Source: an uncultured Eubacteriales bacterium
GTDB lineage: Bacteria > Bacillota > Clostridia > Oscillospirales > Acutalibacteraceae
Direction of reading: 5' to 3'
Length of the DNA stretch: 29,877 bases
Assembly (NCBI GenBank): GCA_964450615.1
Contig: CAYVDQ010000001.1
Location: forward strand, 1-29,877
This document shows, piece by piece, positions 9,416 through 16,237 of the stretch. The notes under the pieces were generated by a model. That model was not told the DNA's origin and did no database searches. It worked only from the letters and a program-made list of their open reading frames with translations. Both the position numbers and the translations under genes were made by a program. Within the stretch, counting starts at the first letter, position 1, and each line of letters starts with the position of its first letter.

Positions 9416-9440
9416 GTGACAAAGAATATAGGTGATAACT

Positions 9441-10631
9441 ATGGGATACAATCAAAAAATGTTTGGTCTTGGCAGTAAGCGCTCGATCATTCGTGAAATT
9501 TTCGAATACAGCAAGGCGCGGGCTTTGGAGATCGGCGCGGATAAGGTGTTTGATTTCAGCCTCGGCAACCCGAGCGTTCCCGCGCCCGCCGAAGTGAACG
9601 AAACCATTGCCGAGTTGATGGCAACCGAAAACTCGGTGCTCTTACACGGCTATACCTCCGCGCAAGGCGATGCCACCGTGCGAACGGTGATTGCGGATCG
9701 CATTCGTGAAAAGTTCGGTGTGGAGATGCCCGCGAATCTGATCTATATGACCTGCGGCGCGGCGGCTTCCCTCTCGATTTGTCTGAAAGCGGTCATGGAG
9801 GAGGACGACGAGTGCATCGTCTTTGCGCCTTTCTTTACGGAATACCGCGTCTTTATTGAAAACGCGGGCGGACGCGTTGTGGTGAGTCAGCCGACACCGA
9901 AGACCTTTCAAGTGGATATCGCCGATTTTGAAAGCAAGATCACGAAAAACACCAAGGCGGTGATCGTCAACTCCCCCAATAACCCCAGCGGTGTGGTATA
10001 CTCGGAGGATACCATTGTTGCCCTTTGCGAGGTGCTGAAAAGAAAATCTGCGGAATACGGCAGCCCCATTTATCTGATTGCCGACGAGCCGTACCGTGAA
10101 CTGGTATACGCGGGCGTGGACGTTCCGTATCTGATGAATTACTACGACAATACGTTCGTTTGCTATTCGTACTCCAAATCCTTGTCCCTGCCGGGTGAGA
10201 GAATCGGTTACATTGCCGTTTCGCCCACTATGGAAGAAGCCGCCAATCTGTATCTTGCGGTATGCGGCGCAGGACGCTCTCTCGGCTACGTTTGCGCGCC
10301 CAGCCTGTTCCAGCAGGTGATCGCGCGGTGCATTGACGCTAAGGTGAACGTGGAAGCCTACAAGGAAAACCGCGATCTGTTGTACGACAACCTCACCGCG
10401 TACGGTTACGAGTGTGTCAAGCCCGACGGCGCGTTTTATCTGTTCGTCAAGGCGCTCGAGGAGGATGCCTACACGTTCTTTGAGAAAGCCAAACAGCATG
10501 AAATTTTGGTGGTCCCCTGCGACGATTTCGGCGTGGAAGGGTACGTTCGCATCGCGTATTGCACCGATCGCGCCAAGGTTGAGGGCGCACTTCCTGCGTT
10601 CCAAGCACTCGCGCGCGAATACGGGTTGTGA
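9441..10631 (+). CDS. PLP-dependent aminotransferase class I/II (aspartate/aromatic aminotransferase-like)
   Basis: FSLGNP, NSPNNPSG, IADEPY and SYSKSLSLPGERIGY (PLP lysine); ATG 9441 follows AGGTGA. Confidence 0.92.
   Translation: MGYNQKMFGLGSKRSIIREIFEYSKARALEIGADKVFDFSLGNPSVPAPAEVNETIAELMATENSVLLHGYTSAQGDATVRTVIADRIREKFGVEMPANLIYMTCGAAASLSICLKAVMEEDDECIVFAPFFTEYRVFIENAGGRVVVSQPTPKTFQVDIADFESKITKNTKAVIVNSPNNPSGVVYSEDTIVALCEVLKRKSAEYGSPIYLIADEPYRELVYAGVDVPYLMNYYDNTFVCYSYSKSLSLPGERIGYIAVSPTMEEAANLYLAVCGAGRSLGYVCAPSLFQQVIARCIDAKVNVEAYKENRDLLYDNLTAYGYECVKPDGAFYLFVKALEEDAYTFFEKAKQHEILVVPCDDFGVEGYVRIAYCTDRAKVEGALPAFQALAREYGL
10522..10631 (+). repeat. Left 110-bp direct repeat (current 3' end of the aminotransferase gene)
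   Basis: 99/110 identical to 12993-13102 by manual alignment; first 25 bp identical. Confidence 0.95.
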
Positions 10632-10639
10632 TACTTTCG

Positions 10640-10845
10640 GGGAACTGAAAACTTGTCACTTGGACTAAAAAGTGACAGGAGTCGAAAATCCGTGAAGAAA
10701 ACGCGCCGGCGGCGGATGGAGCGAGCACGCCGGACCGTGCCGCAACAAGGTGAAATGAATCGCCGATAGTGCGACGAAATTGAACCGCTGTTGCAAACGT
10801 CGTTGTGCAAACTTACCGATAGCGGAAACTGATAGACGAGCACGT
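10640..10845. repeat. Structured intergenic element related to 62-345
   Basis: Hairpin CTTGTCACTT/AAGTGACAGG (10652-10679), CGCC-GGC-GGCG (10704-10714) and a long GCAACA...TGTTGC stem; motifs shared with the window start. Confidence 0.45.
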
Positions 10846-10855
10846 ATCACCAAAA

Positions 10856-11121
10856 CGGACAGTCCGGAGGCCTGTCTCTACGAGATGACAGACAACAGAT
10901 GGCAGATGGATTGGGTTTTGTAAGGGGAGTGGAGAATCCCCCAGTCATTTGCTTCGCAAATGCCAGCCCCGCGGCAGGAGCAAGCCCCTGCCCTACGGAG
11001 CAGATATCAGATGGCAGATGGCAGCGGGGATCCGCCCGCGGGATTTATGCGAACCACAAGAGGCAGGCGATCAATCGCCCCTACGGTGTTGGCTTGAGTA
11101 AGTGCGGGCATCGTTCCCTAC
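10856..11121 (-). repeat. Cluster of four co-oriented GTAG-type REP-like elements
   Basis: Elements at 10856-10881, 10971-10996, 11062-11084 and 11104-11121 all end in CTAC(G) on the + strand (GTAG head on minus). The first three carry different hairpins; the fourth appears truncated. Confidence 0.75.
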
Positions 11122-11215
11122 GGCGAACCCCTGCCTTTACGCAAGGGAAAAGGGGGCGCATCACCGTTTTGTGTGGTTTCACATATTTTCAATGTTTTTT
11201 TGAGCACATTTCGCA

Positions 11216-11244
11216 TTGCGTTGAAAATGTGTTTGCTGTATACT
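11216..11244 (+). promoter_or_regulatory. Sigma-A promoter of the GH3 gene
   Basis: TTGCGT-N17-TATACT upstream of the GGGGTGA RBS and ATG 11277. Confidence 0.5.
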
Positions 11245-11276
11245 TATTTCAACCCAAATATTCAGGGGTGATTGAT

Positions 11277-12863
11277 ATGATGCAACTTCGTTTGGAAGAC
11301 ATGACGACCGAACAAAAACTCGGATTTGTGTTCTGCGCACGACGGTGGTGGAATGAGGATGATATTCAATTTGCTTTGGATATGATCGAAAAACGCGCGC
11401 TTGGCTGTGTACAGCTTCACGCCCATCAGACAACAACGTGTGGGCGTATTCTGGAAGCGGCGAAAAAGGCAGATTATCCGATCCTCGTTTTCAACGACAC
11501 CGAAATGGGATTCCCGACGACCACGTTGCCGAAGGTTCCGCTCATTTCGCTTGCCGCGTGCAACGACGCACGCTACTATCGTGCGTTTGCAAAGGCCATC
11601 GTCCGCGACGCCAAAGCGGCGGGCTTTAACGGCACGTGGGGCCCTGTGATCGACACCAACAAAGGTGACGGCCCGTGCCGCGTGCACCGTTCATTCTCCG
11701 ACGATCCCAACAAGGTGGCGGAGGCAGCGGCGGAGATCGCACGCGTGTACCGCGATAACGGCTATCTGTCCACCGGTAAGCACTACCCCGGCAGTGACGG
11801 TTTCCAGTATGACACCCATATGACCGAGGGCTGGTCGGAAATGACAGAGGAAGAGCTCTGGAGCAGCAACCTGATTCCCTATATGCGGTTACACGAACAA
11901 GGCTTGATGCCTTGTGTGATGTCGGCACACACGGTTCTCCACAACATTGACCCCGATTATCCGGCATCGCTGTCCAAAAAGGTCATTGACATCATCCGTA
12001 AGTGGGGCTATGACGGTCTGATGTTTACCGACTCCTTCGCCATGATGGGCGTTTTGCAGAAATACGGTGAAGAAAACATATACGGTCAGGCGATCGCGGC
12101 AGGTAACGATATCGTGCTTCCCAACTTCTTTACGCCGACCAGCGAATGCTTTGAAATGCTCAAAAAGAACTACGAGGACGGTGTATTCTCGGAAGAACGG
12201 CTGAACGAAGCGGTCAGCCGCGTGCTGAAATGTCAAGCATTCGTGGCAAGCGAACCCGAAAATCCGACCGAGTTTACCAAAGAGGACGAAGAACTGTATT
12301 ACAGCATTGCGAAAGATTGCATCACCGCCGTTACCGACGAGGGTGTATCGGCAGCGTTGCCCGACCCCGAAAAGAAACGGTTGTTTATCGTCTTAACCGA
12401 GAACTCGTTTGACCCCAACTCGCTTCAGGAGGCCGAGGACGTCGGAGCGGAGAATTGGTATTTCCCCCATCGAATCGCCGAAAAGATCCGTGCGGAGTTC
12501 CCGAACGCCGCCGTTGAGTTCCTGCCCGAGTTTTCCGGAGCCACCGAGAACGACCGCATACTGCGTGCGGCGACCAATTTTGACGAGGTCGTGTTCGTCA
12601 CGTTCTGTACCACCACGTGCTATCTCGGCACCGACGGCCTGACTCGACGTACCGAGGCGGTTATCAACTGCCTCGCCCATTCCGGTAAGGTGGCCGCGAT
12701 CTTGCATTTCGGCAACCCGTACGCCTTGCAATATTTAAGAGAACACATCGGGCGTAAAATTTTCGGGTATTTGATTCCCAAATCGCAAGAGTATGCCATT
12801 GACGTGCTCAAAGGCAATGTTCCCGCCAAAGGCGCACTCCCGTTCAAGGTGGAGCTTAAATAA
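11277..12863 (+). CDS. Glycoside hydrolase family 3, NagZ-like beta-N-acetylhexosaminidase, two-domain
   Basis: DTEMG, WGPVID, RSFSDDP, KHYPG......DTH (NagZ-type Asp-His dyad), VMSAH, FTDSFAM nucleophile, AGNDIVL and C-terminal FGNPY; 528 aa; no signal peptide. Confidence 0.85.
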   Translation: MMQLRLEDMTTEQKLGFVFCARRWWNEDDIQFALDMIEKRALGCVQLHAHQTTTCGRILEAAKKADYPILVFNDTEMGFPTTTLPKVPLISLAACNDARYYRAFAKAIVRDAKAAGFNGTWGPVIDTNKGDGPCRVHRSFSDDPNKVAEAAAEIARVYRDNGYLSTGKHYPGSDGFQYDTHMTEGWSEMTEEELWSSNLIPYMRLHEQGLMPCVMSAHTVLHNIDPDYPASLSKKVIDIIRKWGYDGLMFTDSFAMMGVLQKYGEENIYGQAIAAGNDIVLPNFFTPTSECFEMLKKNYEDGVFSEERLNEAVSRVLKCQAFVASEPENPTEFTKEDEELYYSIAKDCITAVTDEGVSAALPDPEKKRLFIVLTENSFDPNSLQEAEDVGAENWYFPHRIAEKIRAEFPNAAVEFLPEFSGATENDRILRAATNFDEVVFVTFCTTTCYLGTDGLTRRTEAVINCLAHSGKVAAILHFGNPYALQYLREHIGRKIFGYLIPKSQEYAIDVLKGNVPAKGALPFKVELK

Positions 12864-12992
12864 GTATGATGTCGGTATGATCGTGATGAACGGCGGCGAA
12901 GGAAACGGAACCGGGATCTTGATGGATTACACGTGTCAGCGGAAAAGACCGGCACGGCTGCATAAGTTTGGATGAGAACTATGAGTATGTCC

Positions 12993-13102
12993 ACGATTTC
13001 GGCGTGGAAGGGTACGTCCGCATCGCGTATTGCAACGATCGCGCCAAGGTTAAGGGCGCACTTCCCGCTTTCGAGGCGCTCGCGCGTGAATACGGTTTGT
13101 AA
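12993..13102 (+). pseudogene. Displaced 3' fragment of the aminotransferase gene (right direct repeat)
   Basis: Encodes DFGVEGYVRIAYCNDRAKVKGALPAFEALAREYGL*. There is no in-frame ATG between it and the upstream in-frame TGA at 12920-12922. Confidence 0.9.
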
Positions 13103-13116
13103 CGTTAGGAATGAAC

Positions 13117-13158
13117 ATAAAACAAGGCGGTAGTCTTCTGACTACCGCCTTGTTTTAT
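13117..13158. terminator. Bidirectional rho-independent terminator
   Basis: Perfect 19-bp inverted repeat ATAAAACAAGGCGGTAGTC-TTCT-GACTACCGCCTTGTTTTAT between convergent genes. Confidence 0.88.
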
Positions 13159-15028
13159 TGTTTTTTTTAGCGTGGGTGTTGCGGATGGTTTTCTTTTTGG
13201 GGGCAGGTTTTCGCGTCTGCCCATTCGACGGGCGGGTATCTTGTACCAGACAGTCTTTGCCGCCTCCGATGAGATCGTACCGTCCGTAACGTTTGAGGGT
13301 TCGCAACACGAGTTCGCGGTTTTCGGGTTTGAAATACTGTAAGAGTGCGCGTTGCTCTGCCTTTTCCGCGGGGGTTCTGGCGACGTAGATCGGTTTCATG
13401 GTGATGGGATCGAATCCTGTGTAATACATACAGGTGGAAACCGTACCGGGGGTGGGATAAAAATCCTGCACCTGTTCGGGACGCATACCTTCGCGTTTGA
13501 GAAACACCGACAGTTCGATCGCGTCTTTCAGCGTGCTGCCCGGATGCGACGACATCAGGTACGGCACCAAAAACTGTTCTTTCCCCTCGCTTTTGGTGAG
13601 TTCGTAGAACCGTTTTTTGAATTTGAGATACGTTTCGATCTCGGGTTTCCCCATCGCGGACAGCACCGCCGCCGAGCAATGCTCGGGTGCGACCTTCAAC
13701 TGCCCGCTCACGTGATGGCGCACGAGTTCTTTGAAGAACGATTCGTTTTTATCCGCGATCAAATAGTCAAAACGGATCCCTGAACGGATAAACACTTTTT
13801 TGATTTTGGGAAGTGCGCGAATTTTGCGCAGCAACCCCAGATAATCCGAATGATCGACCTCGACCTGCGGGCAGATCGCGGGCGCTAAGCATTTGCGATT
13901 AGAGCACATACCGTGGATTTCTTGTTTTTTACAAGAAGGGGCACGGAAATTCGCGGTGGGACCGCCGACGTCGTGAATATAGCCCTTGAAATCGGGCATT
14001 TCGGTCAATAGTTTTGCTTCGCGTATGACCGATTCGTGACTGCGAACCGTCACCCGCCTGCCCTGATGGTACGCGATGGAGCAAAAGTTACACGCGCCGA
14101 AACAACCGCGATTGTGTGCGATGGAAAACTTCACTTCCTCAATGCCGGGGACACCGCCGAGCGGCTTATACGAGGGGTGGTAGTCACGCATAAAGGGAAG
14201 CGAATAGACACGATCAAGTTCCGCGGTGGTGAGCGGCGGCATGGGCGGGTTTTGTACAACGATCTGCTTGCCGTGTTTTTGGATGATCGTCCGCCCCCTG
14301 ACCGCATCCTGTTCCTGTTGCTGGATTCTGGTGGCGACGGCATATTGTTTTTTACCGCTTTCCGTCGGTTCCTTCACGATGTCATACGACGGACATTCCA
14401 CGGCGGAGCGCCACTCGTATTCGTTGGTGGGTACTTTGTAGCAGGTGCCGCGAACGTCCGTTATGGCGGACACGGATTCGCCGCGGTCAAGACGATTTGC
14501 GATCTCGACCGCGTGCTTTTCGCCCATGCCGAACATCAACAGATCGGCACCCGAATCCACAAGGATCGAGGGGCGCACGCGATCGTCCCAGTAATCGTAA
14601 TGGGCAAAACGGCGGAGGGAGGCTTCCAAGCCACCGATGGCAACGGGAATATCACCGTACAGTTCGCGTATTTTCTTCGTATACACGATCACCGCACGGT
14701 CGGGGCGCGCACCGGCTTTACCGCCGGCGGTATACGCGTCGTCACTGCGTTTTCGCTTGGCGGCGGTGTAATGCGCTACCATGGAATCAATATTGCCCGA
14801 ATTTACGAAAAACGCGAGCCGCGGTCTGCCGAATTCTTTGAAATCGGCATCGCTTTGCGGTTGTGACAGAATACACACCGAATACCCTGCATCCTCCAGC
14901 ACGCGCGAGATGATGGCCGTACCGAAGCTCGAGTGATCCACATAAGAATCACCCGTAACCAATACGATATCCGGTTGTACAATGCCTGCTTTTTGCATTT
15001 CGCTGGCGTTGATCGGTAAAAACGGCAT
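13142..15028 (-). CDS. ygiQ: YgiQ (UPF0313) family radical SAM protein
   Basis: VTGDSYVDHSSFG, GGLEASLRRFAHYDYW, RGCFGACNFC (CxxxCxxC), DVGGPTAN, LKVAPEH and QVQDFYPTP. Confidence 0.92.
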   Translation of the reverse strand: MPFLPINASEMQKAGIVQPDIVLVTGDSYVDHSSFGTAIISRVLEDAGYSVCILSQPQSDADFKEFGRPRLAFFVNSGNIDSMVAHYTAAKRKRSDDAYTAGGKAGARPDRAVIVYTKKIRELYGDIPVAIGGLEASLRRFAHYDYWDDRVRPSILVDSGADLLMFGMGEKHAVEIANRLDRGESVSAITDVRGTCYKVPTNEYEWRSAVECPSYDIVKEPTESGKKQYAVATRIQQQEQDAVRGRTIIQKHGKQIVVQNPPMPPLTTAELDRVYSLPFMRDYHPSYKPLGGVPGIEEVKFSIAHNRGCFGACNFCSIAYHQGRRVTVRSHESVIREAKLLTEMPDFKGYIHDVGGPTANFRAPSCKKQEIHGMCSNRKCLAPAICPQVEVDHSDYLGLLRKIRALPKIKKVFIRSGIRFDYLIADKNESFFKELVRHHVSGQLKVAPEHCSAAVLSAMGKPEIETYLKFKKRFYELTKSEGKEQFLVPYLMSSHPGSTLKDAIELSVFLKREGMRPEQVQDFYPTPGTVSTCMYYTGFDPITMKPIYVARTPAEKAEQRALLQYFKPENRELVLRTLKRYGRYDLIGGGKDCLVQDTRPSNGQTRKPAPKKKTIRNTHAKKNNKTRR

Positions 15029-15037
15029 ACTGACTCC

Positions 15038-16087
15038 TTACAAATACTCAGGAATAAACTCGTTTAAGCCGCGCAGGATCTTGCCCGAATAACCAACCAC
15101 GCGGTCGGCGGTGGACATGGCGTTTAAGATCGCTTCCTCTGTCGATTCGGAGCAGGCGCGGCAGATCTCCTCGATGGAGCTGTTGTTGACCGCCAGCATG
15201 GGGCGGAACGCACCGTCGTCCCGCATGTGGCGGTTGGCGGTGGTGAACGCGAGAACGACGTCGCCGCTTCCGTGACCGAGATACGAGCCGGTGCGGATGA
15301 GTCCTACCGCCGCGCGCTTGGCAACGCGTTTGAGCTGCAGTTCAGACAGCGGGATATCGGTGGCGACCACCATCATAATAGAGCCCTTGTCACATTCCGC
15401 GCGCTCTTCTTCGCGGAGTTTTTCCGCGATTCGTTTGCCGACGGGGCGACCGTCGATGCACAGGTTGTCCGTTCGACCAAAGTTGCACTGAACCAAGACA
15501 CCGACGGTGTGGGTCTTGCCGTCCAGCTCGATCTGCCGCGAGGCAGAGCCGATACCGCCTTTCAGACCGAAGCCGGTGGTGCCTTTACCGGCACCCACGT
15601 CACCTTCGGCAAAATCCGTGCAGGCGGCGGCGATCGCGGCGCGCACCTCGGCTTCGCCGAGCGGTCTGTCGGAATTATCACTCATTGCCGAGTCGTTGGT
15701 TTCGCCCACCACCGGATTGATGGTGGTGCATTCCATGCCTTCCTTGGCGCACTGCTCGAGCGTATACCCGACGAGTCCGTCGGCAACCTTGCCGACGTTG
15801 AGTGTGTTTGTCAGCGCAATGGGGGTCTCCAGTTCGCCCAGTTCATCGAGCTGAATGGTGCCGGCGGTTTTGCCGAAGCCGTTGATGACGTGCGCAACGG
15901 CGGTGAGCTTATCGGCATACACGTTGCCGGGTGCCGGCAGGATCACGGTAACACCGGTACGGTGCTTCTCATCGTCCAAGGTATAGTGTCCCACGGTGAC
16001 ACCGGGGACGTCGGTGATCTTGTTAAGCGGACCGGGCGTCATCCGTCCGATGACAATGCCGTAGTCACGAATGCGTTTTTTGTTCAT
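15038..16087 (-). CDS. Peptidase family S58/P1 (DmpA-like L-aminopeptidase/D-esterase)
   Basis: NKITDVPGVTVGH, NGFGKTAG, PIALTNT, GLKGGIGSASR and the KGS|IMMVVATD autoprocessing site; ATG 16087 follows an AAGGGGGA RBS. Confidence 0.9.
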   Translation of the reverse strand: MNKKRIRDYGIVIGRMTPGPLNKITDVPGVTVGHYTLDDEKHRTGVTVILPAPGNVYADKLTAVAHVINGFGKTAGTIQLDELGELETPIALTNTLNVGKVADGLVGYTLEQCAKEGMECTTINPVVGETNDSAMSDNSDRPLGEAEVRAAIAAACTDFAEGDVGAGKGTTGFGLKGGIGSASRQIELDGKTHTVGVLVQCNFGRTDNLCIDGRPVGKRIAEKLREEERAECDKGSIMMVVATDIPLSELQLKRVAKRAAVGLIRTGSYLGHGSGDVVLAFTTANRHMRDDGAFRPMLAVNNSSIEEICRACSESTEEAILNAMSTADRVVGYSGKILRGLNEFIPEYL

Positions 16088-16114
16088 ATCGTTTTCCCCC
16101 TTAAATTCCCTTTG

Positions 16115-16144
16115 ATTGTACCACCGCAAGAGAACTCCTGTCAA
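16115..16144 (-). promoter_or_regulatory. Sigma-A promoter for the dmpA-ygiQ pair
   Basis: Minus strand TTGACA-N18-TACAAT with TG extension. Confidence 0.65.
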
Positions 16145-16184
16145 GCACCGTCGAGCCTTGTCGCACACTTTCTTACAAGGGGAC

Positions 16185-16214
16185 TTGCTATTTTAAGGGG
16201 GGATTTGGTATACT
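16185..16214 (+). promoter_or_regulatory. Sigma-A promoter for glgB
   Basis: TTGCTA-N18-TATACT with TG extension. Confidence 0.55.
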
Positions 16215-16237
16215 AATAGGTGAAGGGCGGTGAGTGT

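Larger units (their letters stand above)
10522..13102. mobile_element. Direct-repeat-bounded genomic islet inserted in the aminotransferase 3' end; no recombinase gene
   Basis: 110-bp direct repeats enclose a structured repeat, a REP cluster and one GH3 gene. The right repeat is an orphan gene end followed by a terminator. Confidence 0.7.

Noticed and set aside
10856..11121. CRISPR array interpretation of the spaced hairpins
   Set aside because: The repeats differ in sequence, spacing is irregular and there are no cas genes; the GTAG-REP architecture fits better.
10899..11276. 126-codon N-terminal extension of the GH3 ORF in the ORF track
   Set aside because: It runs through REP and heptamer repeats; a promoter and RBS lie directly before ATG 11277.
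12864..12992. Possible small gene or integrase remnant at the islet right end
   Set aside because: Only short frames without a clear RBS or recognisable motif; cannot be supported.
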